Shown here piece by piece: positions 25,901 to 35,405 of a stretch of 64,000 bases of DNA. Source of the DNA: an archaeon. Its GTDB lineage: Archaea; Nanobdellota; Nanobdellia; Woesearchaeales; SM23-78. The number at the start of each line of letters is the position of its first letter. The first letter of the stretch is position 1. The notes under the pieces are model-generated. The model was not told the origin of the DNA. It did not search any database and was given only the letters and a program-made list of their open reading frames with translations. Location: contig JAZDMG010000042.1 in the NCBI GenBank assembly GCA_043801165.1, positions 89-64,088 on the forward strand, given 5' to 3'. The position numbers and the translations under genes were made by a program.

Positions 25901-28373
25901 TGATTGCAGTGCTGTTCATGCAATTAGTATGGAACGTGACTGTCGCGTTCGTAGGTTCGTTCGTAGTCCAGTGCAGGAAGGCGAAGTCGTTGAAGGTCTC
26001 TACGCGGTTACCGACCACTGTTGGAGCAGTCTTGTCTGCTGAGATGTTATATTGGCCTGCGCACCATGGAGCCATCTGGCAGTCAGAGTCTTCGCAATTG
26101 GAAAGGCCGTCAAGATCCTCATCACCAGACCCTATGAAGCAATCCTCAAAAGGCATGAATTTTCCTCCTCCAATAATTCCGAATGCTGATCCGCAAGCCA
26201 TTGGGTTGGCGAAGCAGTCATTGGGTTTGAAATCAACAGCCCCAGGAGTATAGTAAATTCCGTTATTGTCAGGTCCTAGGAGCGTATCGTTTGCGTTTTC
26301 TGCAGGGGTATCATTGGTGCCTGTTGCTGCAATGAATCTCATGTTGCCTGAGGGATTGCCAAGGTCTGTCTTGTCAACCGCAATTATGGCTACATTCTCG
26401 ACGCATGATATCTTCTGAGGCTCTCCTCCGAACATGTCCATGTCAGGGGGTCCTGTCATCCTCGCAGGATAGAGGCTGAAGTTGCCATCAGGCATACATC
26501 TATAGCCTCTCCTGATCTCTAATGGGCCGTCTGTGCCGTTGTTCTGAATCTCATAATCGAACTTGTACTCAAAGCCGGCTTTCACAGACTCGCTGATGTT
26601 GGCATCGCAGCCTGTTGATTCATTTGCGTCAGTATCGACGAAGTAATAATAAGCTCCAGATCCAGTTCCTCCGCACAGCAAGGAGATTCCTGGGAACGGA
26701 GGAGGAGAGCTCATGTTGACGAATCCCTCCACCTTCACTCCCATGCCAAGGGCATTGCCCATGTCCTTTATCATGAACTCTCTGGCGTCAATATGCATAG
26801 GCAGGGGATCGCCTGCTGGCTCTGAGAATAGCATCACCGGTGGGCTCGGATCCATGTCGCTGAATAGCATCTTCTTCATCGCCTCGAATGGGTTCAAGGT
26901 GCCGTAGCCTCCGGTCAGGACGTCGATATCTCCTCCGCAGGCAGGATTGTTCAGGCACTGAGTGTCTGCGCAGTCTATCTTTCCATCTGCATTGTTGTCT
27001 GTTCCGTCGAAGCAGAGCTCATTTGAGGCGTTATAGCATACTTTGAACTGCACACTCCAATTGCCTCCTATACCATCACAAGCAGTGCTGTTGAAGCATC
27101 TGTCAAGCTTGTTAGCGCCGCAGGTGAACACTGAGTTAGAGCCTGATATCTGAACTGTTGATAGATCGCACCATGATTTTCCGAAGAAAGGATCGGTCAC
27201 CCACTTGCATCCGTTTCCGCCCATAGGATCCGGATATGCTGAGCTAGAGCATGTCTCGTTGCTGTAGCAATATTTACAATTCTCGTCGCAGCTGCCTTGG
27301 CTTCCGAACATGAACTTGCTCATATCCTCGACGCATATCTTTGTTCCTCCGTCATCCCATGATTTGGCTTCTGGCGGGAGCATTGGAGGGGCAGCCATCA
27401 CCATGCATTTGCCTTTTGCACCAGCCTGGCATTCCCCTGTGCTTTCGCAGGCTCCGCAAAAGTCAGAGCAATTCATACTGCCGAAATCTGGTTTGCACTT
27501 TTCCATGAAACTGTCCCATATGCAGTTCTCAGCTCCAGTTATGTTATCAGAATTAGTGGTGCAGCTTGTCTCATCAGAGTTATCATAGCTCATGCAGGGA
27601 TGCTGGTCCTCGAACATCATGTCTTTTCCTCCTGCGAACATGATCTTGTCCATGAATTCTCCTCCTGAGAATCCGCCAAGCATCTCGACAGGCGGGCCGA
27701 AAACAGAGACCTCTGCAGCGAATTGCATGGCGGTGACGTTGATAGCCGACTCGTTTATAGCAATCAATAATGTTGATGGGGAGCCGCATGTGTAGTTGAA
27801 GCTTACGTTGTACATAGGATCAAAGCTTCCTTGGTTCATGACTGAGTAGCACATGCCTGGCTGTCCTATGACGCATGGTTGCGGGATGCCTCCATTATCT
27901 CTTCTGCTGTAATTATATATTTCAAAATCAATCTGGCCATCTCCCCAGAGCCACAATCTGAAGTCTGCTCCCGGGTAGCATGGCTCGCCCATCCTGCATC
28001 CTGTGCTTATGTTATTGTCTATATCGAATTGTATCGCGAACTGCCAGGCATTATTTGAGAATGGTCCTCCGCAAAATCCAGTGTCCGAGAGGTTGGGCGC
28101 CATGATTTTCCAGGCGATATATCCGTTTGACCTATCTACCCACACTGCTCCTAAATCAAAAACAGGATTGCTTTCATTTGGGCAGTTTTGGCCCGGAGTC
28201 ATTGCTTGTTGTAATCCTGACAGTTCTGGGGTTCTGCATCCAGGACCGTTGGCCGCATAGGGTGTTGTTGATCCATCAAAAACCCTGAACTGAGACCAGT
28301 CGATTGCGCTGACATTGCATGCCGTCAATAACAAAAACAAAATAATTCCTGCCACTAGAAAATTCTTATTCAT
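22932..28373 (-). CDS. Large PGF-pre-PGF domain surface protein (1813 aa; Cys-rich and Ig/FN3-like domains)
   Basis: Signal peptide; two DxDxNxxTG motifs and DGxxxCxDxxC repeats; G7 linker; ESPGFSYFLIG; TM and His-rich tail paralogous to the neighbouring gene. Confidence 0.85.
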   Translation of the reverse strand: MNKNFLVAGIILFLLLTACNVSAIDWSQFRVFDGSTTPYAANGPGCRTPELSGLQQAMTPGQNCPNESNPVFDLGAVWVDRSNGYIAWKIMAPNLSDTGFCGGPFSNNAWQFAIQFDIDNNISTGCRMGEPCYPGADFRLWLWGDGQIDFEIYNYSRRDNGGIPQPCVIGQPGMCYSVMNQGSFDPMYNVSFNYTCGSPSTLLIAINESAINVTAMQFAAEVSVFGPPVEMLGGFSGGEFMDKIMFAGGKDMMFEDQHPCMSYDNSDETSCTTNSDNITGAENCIWDSFMEKCKPDFGSMNCSDFCGACESTGECQAGAKGKCMVMAAPPMLPPEAKSWDDGGTKICVEDMSKFMFGSQGSCDENCKYCYSNETCSSSAYPDPMGGNGCKWVTDPFFGKSWCDLSTVQISGSNSVFTCGANKLDRCFNSTACDGIGGNWSVQFKVCYNASNELCFDGTDNNADGKIDCADTQCLNNPACGGDIDVLTGGYGTLNPFEAMKKMLFSDMDPSPPVMLFSEPAGDPLPMHIDAREFMIKDMGNALGMGVKVEGFVNMSSPPPFPGISLLCGGTGSGAYYYFVDTDANESTGCDANISESVKAGFEYKFDYEIQNNGTDGPLEIRRGYRCMPDGNFSLYPARMTGPPDMDMFGGEPQKISCVENVAIIAVDKTDLGNPSGNMRFIAATGTNDTPAENANDTLLGPDNNGIYYTPGAVDFKPNDCFANPMACGSAFGIIGGGKFMPFEDCFIGSGDEDLDGLSNCEDSDCQMAPWCAGQYNISADKTAPTVVGNRVETFNDFAFLHWTTNEPTNATVTFHTNCMNSTAINTFYELGGPMSFDDYKPWHDIGIKNGDTDSKSQAISIASSTTYFYKLSNCDKAGNCGTSACLNFTTRSSAQPVNFKFDFIPPANPMLNTTMIKIWNGTEYENITQGSTQTKNNYLENAKLKFDNPEANWEIELKGIDMSKALDFNISTAFNISNESGRAHIGMQNQKWLDLAQNLGVDSITIKIPGSGNKLIKCNENNITDCSDVSEQATLNESGPDYIKWEIPISLGFSTYTLGEEVYNLSFTNLSVASGTTNISLVMSYTLNITNNDNVSRIYNLSVISSGSATGTINGSAILQLSFENNTAENSHVVVVNITDAIAESVSFVVKATLVNNSAVNVNSSEDLTLTAIFIDNTVPVIAAISPGINVTVSTGANLHYYNVTDTGSSSINCTMYWNNGSNWNYNLPITPTNGSTYGGINVTSGDGLVSWFVNCTDNGGNIATSGVRLYYVDAVAPTISISGPADAVTTSNASIAFNMTPSDSIDTNISCGLYINGSLNMTLYLANSTSIAPILNFTNGTKTWYWNCTDNANNPTTSTERSFTVDTVYPALTVSSPTATTYNGSYAGLNYTASDGSAITCKYSLDGAANVTLASCINTSLHLANGSHTLAVFVIDAAGLMNYSSVTFNISDTVAPGISGALPSGSQLSSTTAVTLSVTTDENATCRYSTSDLAYVNMTGNFTDNITSHTATYSVSAGNSYAIYARCSDMSGNANNASTAISFSVAAATSSSSGGGGGGGSSSASNNTNPQSTKSWNTIAANTMQIMNISNTRLGLADIKFSLNKAANVVKLTTELLPVKPLEANTPEGSVYKYLKITKAGFVDDDVVMPIKISFRVEKSWFTANGISSADVVLKRYSSNRWMDLTTTKVSEDSSYVYYEAESPGFSYFLIGTKAVPKPTTLTNPVINISAGNTAPDESTVTPEETVKPGEENKTGEPAKEKKINGALIGKIAAGIIVVALAAVFIVLALKRKKKSSLSYDEASEHHTEHHK
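23695..23711. repeat. 17-bp poly-Gly linker string, copy 3
   Basis: ccgccaccgcctccgcc. Confidence 0.85.
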
Positions 28374-28614
28374 TTAAACCCACCCTCTTTTTTATCAGAT
28401 TTATATCGAATTGATGATGTCGCTGTACTGATATCATGTACTGATAACAATCAAGTTTGACATAACCGTTATTTAAATATTTTGATTTGTTGTTCCCACT
28501 TCGTAATGATTTTTTGCTTAAAAGACGAACGGCAGCAGATTTTTTTTGTTTCATCTTTCTTAGTTAGTTTTTTAAACAAGGCAAGATTCATATTGCCAGA
28601 AGAAGCTTGAAATC

Positions 28615-29601
28615 ATGAAAAAGAATGTCTTTCCCTGGATGCATGAGAAGAAGGTCTTGGTAAAGCGTGAGGCTGCGCATAACAGCGAGCTTGGGCAAGA
28701 CCCTTGCAACAGGCCAATCGCTGAGCTGCTTGATTACAGCATAGTCAACATCGACAAGCCATCGGGTCCAAGCAGCCATCAGGTCAGCGCCTATGTGAAG
28801 AATATCCTCTGCATCGACAAGTCAGGCCATTCAGGGACCCTTGACCCAAAGGTCACAGGAGCGCTTCCAGTAGGCCTTGGCAGAGGGACAAGGATTGTGC
28901 AGTCATTGCTCACAGCAGGCAAGGAATATGTCTGTCTGATGACAGTTCATGATGACAAGGACCCTGAGAAGATCAAGCAGGCGATGATGCGCTTCGTCGG
29001 TGAGATAGACCAGCTTCCTCCTGTCAGGAGCGCTGTCAAGAGGCAGCTGAGGAAAAGGACTATATATTATATAGACATAATCGAGATCAAAGGAAGATTT
29101 GTTCTTTTCAAGGTCGGATGCCAGGCAGGGACTTATATCAGAAAATTATGCAACGACATTGGACTGCAGCTTGGCTCTGGAGCGCACATGGCAGAGCTGA
29201 GGAGGACCATGGCAGCCTCTTTTGATGAGAGCACCCTCTGCACATTGCAGGATCTCACTGATGCTTACTATTATTATAAGGAGAAGCAGGATGAGGCGCC
29301 TCTGAGGCGCATCCTGCAGCCGCTGGAAGAAGGAGTCAAGCATCTTCCAAAGGCCTGGGTTCTTGACAGCACAGTGCACACCCTCTGCCACGGGGCATTC
29401 CTCAACATCCCTGGCATCGCAAAGCTGCACGACAGGATAGAGAAAGGCGACCGCGTCGCGGTGATGACCCTCAATGAAGAGCTTGTCTGCGTCGGCATAG
29501 CCCAGCTCTCTTCTGATGATGTGATGAAGAAAGACAAGGGGCTTTTCCTGAAGCCAGAGCAGGTCTTCATGTTCCCAGATCTTTATCCCAAGAGCCCTTG
29601 A
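28615..29601 (+). CDS. cbf5: RNA-guided/tRNA pseudouridine synthase Cbf5 (TruB family)
   Basis: IDKPSGPSSHQV, GHSGTLDPKVTG (catalytic Asp), GTYIRKLC and a C-terminal PUA domain. Confidence 0.95.
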   Translation: MKKNVFPWMHEKKVLVKREAAHNSELGQDPCNRPIAELLDYSIVNIDKPSGPSSHQVSAYVKNILCIDKSGHSGTLDPKVTGALPVGLGRGTRIVQSLLTAGKEYVCLMTVHDDKDPEKIKQAMMRFVGEIDQLPPVRSAVKRQLRKRTIYYIDIIEIKGRFVLFKVGCQAGTYIRKLCNDIGLQLGSGAHMAELRRTMAASFDESTLCTLQDLTDAYYYYKEKQDEAPLRRILQPLEEGVKHLPKAWVLDSTVHTLCHGAFLNIPGIAKLHDRIEKGDRVAVMTLNEELVCVGIAQLSSDDVMKKDKGLFLKPEQVFMFPDLYPKSP

Positions 29602-29956
29602 ATGCCTTGGCACCATTGATGGCGGTCAGGTACAGCATGACCAAGAGCACCACTATCCCCATTCTGCTGTAATCAATCGAACCTGCGATGTCTCCGTGCA
29701 GCAGCCTTGAGACAGACCTTGTCAAGCCGCAGCCAGGACATTCGCAGTCCCTGAAGATCCCTGAGGATGGGCATTCATGGAAGACAGCCGGCAATATTAT
29801 CGTCTTGAAGATGCATGTCGCCGGTGCATTGTTTATGGCAGATGTTGGTATGATCGCCAGCAGCACTAATATCAGTGTGAGGTTTATCGCTACTGCTCTT
29901 GGAGAGTCAAAGCTTATGTGCTCCAGAAGGATTCTCTTTATCTTTGTGATTTTCAT
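29567..29956 (-). CDS. DUF2752-family membrane protein
   Basis: C.F....CPGCGLTRS...LLHGD motif between TM segments. Confidence 0.75.
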   Translation of the reverse strand: MKITKIKRILLEHISFDSPRAVAINLTLILVLLAIIPTSAINNAPATCIFKTIILPAVFHECPSSGIFRDCECPGCGLTRSVSRLLHGDIAGSIDYSRMGIVVLLVMLYLTAINGAKAFKGSWDKDLGT

Positions 29957-29989
29957 CTTAAAAAAAGAAATAATTTTTTTGATGACTGC

Positions 29990-30265
29990 TCAGTTGCCGA
30001 TCCACTCAATTCCCTGGAACGGATGCTTGGTAGCGATGAGTATTACGTCGATCAGCCACCAGATGCCGCAGCCTCCGAAAGTGATCAGCTTCAGAATCCC
30101 AAGCCCCACGTGGCCCATCAGGAACCTGTCTACGCCTAGCGTCCCAAACAGGACAGACATTATGAGTGTCAGGATCCAATTTACTTTCCTAGCTCCCACG
30201 CCTGTGTTGATATTGTTGTTTATCACTATCTTGCTCTCTTCTCCTGATTTCTTCTTTTCTGCCAT
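29990..30265 (-). CDS. TM2 domain membrane protein
   Basis: LFGTLGVDRFLMGHVGLGILKLITFGGCGIWWLID signature. Confidence 0.85.
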   Translation of the reverse strand: MAEKKKSGEESKIVINNNINTGVGARKVNWILTLIMSVLFGTLGVDRFLMGHVGLGILKLITFGGCGIWWLIDVILIATKHPFQGIEWIGN

Positions 30266-30342
30266 ATCGCACCTCACAAAAAAATATTATAAGATAAAAA
30301 TGTATAATATAAAAATAATAAAAAATTTTAGCCTTGGAATGT

Positions 30343-30741
30343 TCAGAAGGTGAACTTCTCAGCAAACCCGCCGATGATTGGCAGTGCTTTCTCCTTTCCC
30401 GTGGCTGCATAGATTATTCCTATTATAAGCAGCACCAATATTGCCAACCAGACCAGTGTACTGATCAGTGAGCCCAGGATCCAGAAGATTGGCATCCATG
30501 CGAATATCATCCAGAGTATCGAGATCGCGACCCATGCTATCACATCAACGATGAGCAGCACGAGCGCCTGCTTCGCATGGAATTTCGCGAAATTGTTCTT
30601 TCTCATGTTATCGTCAGCGAAGAACCATATTATTCCCACTAGGAAATAGCTTAGTATCGCGCATGCTGTGCCGTTGTCGCTTCCTCCCTTGCTTGATGAT
30701 GTTGCCTTTACAGGACTTCTCTTAGATTCAATCTTAGCCAT
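30343..30741 (-). CDS. DUF4870-like membrane protein
   Basis: AILSY...FAKFHAKQAL...LPIIG motifs. Confidence 0.75.
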   Translation of the reverse strand: MAKIESKRSPVKATSSSKGGSDNGTACAILSYFLVGIIWFFADDNMRKNNFAKFHAKQALVLLIVDVIAWVAISILWMIFAWMPIFWILGSLISTLVWLAILVLLIIGIIYAATGKEKALPIIGGFAEKFTF

Positions 30742-30838
30742 TGGTAGCACCCCCTCGACTTATTTTATTAACCTATTAATCCTTTGATTAGGACTTGTTT
30801 TGGCTCAGGACTATAAATAGTTTGCTATTTCATCGTAC

Positions 30839-31144
30839 TCAGTCTGCTGCGAACAGCTCGCTGTCGCTGACCTTGAAAAGCCTGATCCTTGCTCCGGCAT
30901 CAAGCCAGGCATGGGCGTAGTTCACGGCAGCGAATGCCAATACATAGTTCCCCTGCTCCCTGAAATGCTTTGCGTCAGAATAATATCGCTCAGCCATGTC
31001 AAGGAAATCAGCCGCCTCTTTCCCTCTTAAAGAATCCTTCTCTGCAGCCCTTACTTTCTCAAGGGCCCTTCCTGTTATGTCAAAATACTTATCTAACCGC
31101 TTGTCGCAGACAACATCGACTTTCTTTGGCTTGTCAGGCATCAT
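30839..31144 (-). CDS. DUF357 family protein
   Basis: MAERYYSDAKHF...AFAAVNYAHAWLDAGAR. Confidence 0.85.
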   Translation of the reverse strand: MMPDKPKKVDVVCDKRLDKYFDITGRALEKVRAAEKDSLRGKEAADFLDMAERYYSDAKHFREQGNYVLAFAAVNYAHAWLDAGARIRLFKVSDSELFAAD

Positions 31145-31227
31145 GAAATACCATCGAGTGATTAATTATATAAAATTTGTCATTATCAGACAAAGAGTCA
31201 TGAGCCAGCAATCAAAAACAAGCTGGT

Positions 31228-31848
31228 TCATCTCTTGTATTCACGCGCCAGCCTTTCCAAAAAGCCTTTGTTCTCATCAGTAGCTGGAACATGCCCGATG
31301 ATAGCCACTTTGCTGCTAGGATCATCCTTCACACGTTTGATGTCCTTCAAGAACAGGATGTAAGCTTGGCCAGTCTCCAGGATGGGAGTGGCGACTTGAG
31401 TGGCAGCTACACTATCTGCTTTTGCAGCGGCAAGCACACCATCTGGAACGGTTGTGTCAGGCAGTACGCCTTTGCAGGCCGCTTTTATATCAACAGATGT
31501 GCCATCAGCCTTTTTGATAATCGTATTAGTTTTGTATATATCTGGTCCATAGACTACAGTGTTCAGTTTGTATGGTATGTTTTTCTCAGCGATATAGAGA
31601 CTGAATACTCCTTTGTTTGGCTTATTATATTCAACTCCTTTCTCTTTGATTGTGCTTATCGTTACTGTGTTTGCTTCGGTGAACCAGCTCCTGAGTTCGG
31701 CAGGTATAGGTATCTCAACCGGTGCTTGCTGCGGAGTTGCCTCCTGCGCAACCTGCTCTAGGTCTGGTTTGGCGCTGATTCCTTTGATAGCACTTCCAAT
31801 AGCAAGCGGGCTCACCGCCAACATCTCCAAGAATGTTCTCCTTTCCAT
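31228..31848 (-). CDS. Exported hypothetical protein with a twin-arginine-like signal
   Basis: ggaggga RBS before MERRTFLEMLAVSPLAIGSA; the longer start in the ORF track is unlikely. Confidence 0.65.
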   Translation of the reverse strand: MERRTFLEMLAVSPLAIGSAIKGISAKPDLEQVAQEATPQQAPVEIPIPAELRSWFTEANTVTISTIKEKGVEYNKPNKGVFSLYIAEKNIPYKLNTVVYGPDIYKTNTIIKKADGTSVDIKAACKGVLPDTTVPDGVLAAAKADSVAATQVATPILETGQAYILFLKDIKRVKDDPSSKVAIIGHVPATDENKGFLERLAREYKR

Positions 31849-31967
31849 GATTATCCCTCCGATACCCTTTTCCCTGATGTAAAGATGTTTCATATATAAA
31901 ATTAACCATTCCGCAGTGGGAATCATCACAGAAATCGCAATCATTATAAACTATCGCTAGGAGAGCT

Positions 31968-32915
31968 ATGGCATCAAGCATGGCTATGAAAAAGAAGAGA
32001 AAGAAAAAAACTGAACTGATGATTGGCGGCCAGGCAGTGATAGAAGGAGTGCTCATGCGCTCCAAGGAAGAATATGCCGTGGCAGTCAGGAGAAGCGACA
32101 AGAAGATAATCATCAAGAAAGAAAGGTTCATCTCTATCACCAGCAAGAGCAGATTGCTCGGGCTTCCTTTTATCAGGGGGATGATAGTTCTCTTCGAGAC
32201 ACTTATCTTGGGAATAAAGGCCCTTAACTATTCAGCAGACCAGGCTCAGCTAGAGATTGAGGACAAGCCTTCATCAAAGAAAAAGGTCGAGCAGAAGAAA
32301 CCAGATGACAAGGCTTTCTCTGCCGCCCAGCTTTTTGTTGTCATGCTCTTCTCGTTCGGATTCACGATTCTTCTATTCAAGCTGCTTCCTCTGCTGGCAG
32401 CCACCCTGATCAATAAGCTCATCGGCGGAAACAATGTCGTGTTCAACCTTATCGACGGCATATTCAAGCTGGTGATATTCATAGGATATTTGCTGCTCAT
32501 CTCGCTGATGAGCGATGTCAGGCGCCTGTTCCAATACCATGGGGCAGAGCATAAGACCGTGAGCTGCTATGAGAAGAAGAAGCCCCTGACGGTGGCGAAC
32601 ATTAGGAAAGAGTCAAGGGTCCATCCTCGCTGCGGGACCAGTTTCATAATACTGGTGCTGGTGCTCAGCATAATATTCTATCTTGTGATCCCGATGCAGA
32701 TGGGCTTCTGGCTCAAGCTGCTGATAAGGATTGCTTTCCTGCCGATAATAGCAGGCATATCCTATGAGCTAATAAAGTTCAGCGGCAAGCACCATGATTC
32801 TCTTTTCAGCAGGATATTGATTGGGCCGAGCCTGCTGGTGCAGAAGCTTACGACGAGAGAGCCTGATGATGACCAGATAGAAGTGGCGGTAAAGGCGCTG
32901 AAAGGGGTCATATAA
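31968..32915 (+). CDS. DUF1385 family membrane metalloprotein
   Basis: IGGQAVIEGVLMR, FQYHGAEHK and HPRCGTSF. Confidence 0.9.
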   Translation: MASSMAMKKKRKKKTELMIGGQAVIEGVLMRSKEEYAVAVRRSDKKIIIKKERFISITSKSRLLGLPFIRGMIVLFETLILGIKALNYSADQAQLEIEDKPSSKKKVEQKKPDDKAFSAAQLFVVMLFSFGFTILLFKLLPLLAATLINKLIGGNNVVFNLIDGIFKLVIFIGYLLLISLMSDVRRLFQYHGAEHKTVSCYEKKKPLTVANIRKESRVHPRCGTSFIILVLVLSIIFYLVIPMQMGFWLKLLIRIAFLPIIAGISYELIKFSGKHHDSLFSRILIGPSLLVQKLTTREPDDDQIEVAVKALKGVI

Positions 32916-32928
32916 CCAATAATAAATT

Positions 32929-33321
32929 TCACATCTTCTCGATGACCCGTCTTGCCTCGTTCCTTGTGACAAAGCTCTCTGGAGCCCAGACATCGATCCT
33001 TTTCTCAAAGCGCTTGAACTCATCTGCCTTGACGCTGCTCTTGAGCTGGCCTATGAGCGCAAGGATAGTGCGCTGCACCAGGCGGATGTCATCTTTCATT
33101 GAAGAGAAATCTTTCTTCAGGTCATTGAGCTGGCGTCGGATCAGGGTCTTCCTGAGATCGATCTCAGAGTCAAGCCTTGTGCCTGCCTGCTCCATCTCCT
33201 TGATGCTCTTGCTGAGACCGGCTATCCTTGAAGAGAGGCTCTTGAGATAGCCTGAGATCTCAAGCACATCCTGGTTATCAACATAGTCTGCTGCCATCAA
33301 CAATCCCATTGCCTGCGTCAT
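32929..33321 (-). CDS. Hypothetical coiled-coil protein
   Basis: 130-aa ORF that fills the gap with coding-like composition; no motif recognised. Confidence 0.6.
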   Translation of the reverse strand: MTQAMGLLMAADYVDNQDVLEISGYLKSLSSRIAGLSKSIKEMEQAGTRLDSEIDLRKTLIRRQLNDLKKDFSSMKDDIRLVQRTILALIGQLKSSVKADEFKRFEKRIDVWAPESFVTRNEARRVIEKM

Positions 33322-33469
33322 ATAAATACTTTATTGTTGATGTGCCTTGGCTTTGCTGATGATCGGCTGCGCCCGCCCTCCTCGAGCCTGCTCTGCTCCA
33401 CGAGAACTATACCAAAAAGTTTTTATACTAAAAGATGATTTAAGCGTATTATAGTAGAGGGGTGAGTGA

Positions 33470-35380
33470 TTGACAGAGGATATTTTGCCGCCATTGCCGC
33501 CAGGCGAGAAGTCTGCCGCTAAGAAGGAAGGGTTCTTCAGCAGCTTTTTCAAGAAAAAGAAGCAGGACAATTATCCTGGCAGCCAAGATTTTCGCTCAGG
33601 CGATGTGCTGCTCCAGAGCGCACCCCCTGCGCCGATGCCAACATCACAGCTCGATTCTCCTCCGCAGGCGCCTGTCATCTCTGATGTCACTCTGGATAGC
33701 ATAAGGAAGCAGCTCGGCCTTGACATCGTCCAGGATGATCATGATGATGTCCATGAGCCTCCCAGGATCATGCCTAAGCAGGATGATTACAAGACCAATC
33801 TTGACAGGCAGATATCTGATTGGTCTTCTCATGCGGAAGATGATATTTCTCCTTTGAAGAAGCAGGAGAAGATTATTGCTCCGCAGCCTTCTAAAGATAT
33901 TGATTTTACCAAGGATGCTGATGAAGAGGTGGATGAGCCTTCGAAGATAGCGCCTACAAGGATAATGCACACAAAGATAGTGCCTGCAAAGGCAGCGCCT
34001 ATAGCGCTTCCTAAGGTTGAGCCGCACAAGAGGCAAGAGCCTATCCTCTCTAAGAAAGCGATGAAGAAGCAGAAGCAGCAGAAGCCTGCGCCAGAGCCTG
34101 TGGCTGAGGCTGTCAAAGATGATATCTCTGAGTGGACTAATTTTGAGCACAAGGCACAAGAGGAAAAAGCTGACTCTCCATTCATGAAGGATGTTGAGCC
34201 TGAGGAAATAAAAAAGCTCGCCAAGGACATCCATAGGAAGAAGTTCGAGGATAAGAAAAGGATAAAGTATGAGCCTGAGCTTTCTGAGGATGAGATTACC
34301 AGAGAGATCAGGCAGAGCGCCAAGAGCTTTGACCATGACATGAAATCATTAGAGACGGAAAGCCTTGAGCCAGCTCCATTGCTTAAGAAGCCATTAAAGA
34401 TAGTCGAGCCTATCATTGTCAAAGAGCCTGTCAAGGACGAGATGAAGGATCATGATGATAATATCATGAGCGCCGACAAGATTGATTTCACCTCTTCCAT
34501 CGAGATAGAAGAAAGAGAGCCTGCGGCCAGGGAAGTCAAGCAGCAAGAGCCAATCGTCAAGATCAATCCTGCGAAGGAGGCCAAACTGAAGAAGCTGCAG
34601 GAGAAAGCAGCCGTCGCCAATATGCACGAGCTTCGCAAGGAGATAGAGAGCATAATCAAGGATAAGATCCGAGACAAGGTAAGAGAAGAAGAGCGGGCAA
34701 AGCTCGACAAGGAGCTGACCGTCGAGAGGGACAAGCTTAAGAAGGAGCGCCAGGCAGTCGAGCAGGAGAAGATAGCCGTAGCAGGCAACTCCAACAAGCT
34801 TGACTTCAGGGAGAAGCATCTGGCCCAGGCCAGGACAGAACTGGAGCACGATCGCTATGCCCTGAGAAAAGAGAGAGCCCAGTTCGAGAGCGACGAGAAA
34901 GAGCACCAGGAGCTTGTCAAGAAGCTTCCGATGATGAGAAAAGATTATGAGAAGCTCAAGGACCGTATGGTGGCATTCGGGGATAAGATAAAGCTCAATA
35001 CTAGGCTTGAGGAAAACATAGCCAGGAGAGAGAAGGCCTTGGCAGATGCCCAGAGGCATCTTGATGAGATGGAGTCAAGGATAAAGAAGGATGGCTTCTC
35101 AGGATACCTTGAGACCGAGATCAGCGGCCAATCATTCATATCAAAGAAGCTCAGCCAGGGGGACATCCTGAAGGAGAAGAATCCTGAGCTCTACGCGCTT
35201 GTCGACGATTGCAGGTCATCCATCTGGCGCAACCAGCTGTCCCATGCGAAGGAAGCCTATATGAAGCTCCGCGGAATGTATCATTCAGCCAAGATGAGCG
35301 ATGCGGAGAGAGAGCTCCTCTACACGACGATAAGGGAATTATACGACGACATAACTCTTGCGAGCATGGGCTCTGAATAG
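33470..35380 (+). CDS. Hypothetical protein: long disordered Pro/Lys/Glu region, coiled coil and C-terminal helical domain
   Basis: 636-aa ORF with TTG start after gaggggtga RBS. Confidence 0.75.
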   Translation: MTEDILPPLPPGEKSAAKKEGFFSSFFKKKKQDNYPGSQDFRSGDVLLQSAPPAPMPTSQLDSPPQAPVISDVTLDSIRKQLGLDIVQDDHDDVHEPPRIMPKQDDYKTNLDRQISDWSSHAEDDISPLKKQEKIIAPQPSKDIDFTKDADEEVDEPSKIAPTRIMHTKIVPAKAAPIALPKVEPHKRQEPILSKKAMKKQKQQKPAPEPVAEAVKDDISEWTNFEHKAQEEKADSPFMKDVEPEEIKKLAKDIHRKKFEDKKRIKYEPELSEDEITREIRQSAKSFDHDMKSLETESLEPAPLLKKPLKIVEPIIVKEPVKDEMKDHDDNIMSADKIDFTSSIEIEEREPAAREVKQQEPIVKINPAKEAKLKKLQEKAAVANMHELRKEIESIIKDKIRDKVREEERAKLDKELTVERDKLKKERQAVEQEKIAVAGNSNKLDFREKHLAQARTELEHDRYALRKERAQFESDEKEHQELVKKLPMMRKDYEKLKDRMVAFGDKIKLNTRLEENIARREKALADAQRHLDEMESRIKKDGFSGYLETEISGQSFISKKLSQGDILKEKNPELYALVDDCRSSIWRNQLSHAKEAYMKLRGMYHSAKMSDAERELLYTTIRELYDDITLASMGSE

Positions 35381-35405
35381 CTCAGAACATGATTCTGTAA
35401 ATCTA

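Noticed and set aside
29688-30353. 221-aa plus-strand ORF
   Set aside because: Antisense to the DUF2752 and TM2 genes, which have clear family motifs.
33335-33410. GC-rich intergenic stretch as an ncRNA
   Set aside because: No tRNA, SRP, RNase P or complete C/D pattern and no convincing stem.
33644-35166. Several long minus-strand ORFs
   Set aside because: Shadows of the charged 636-aa plus-strand gene; the same applies to most short track ORFs inside long genes.
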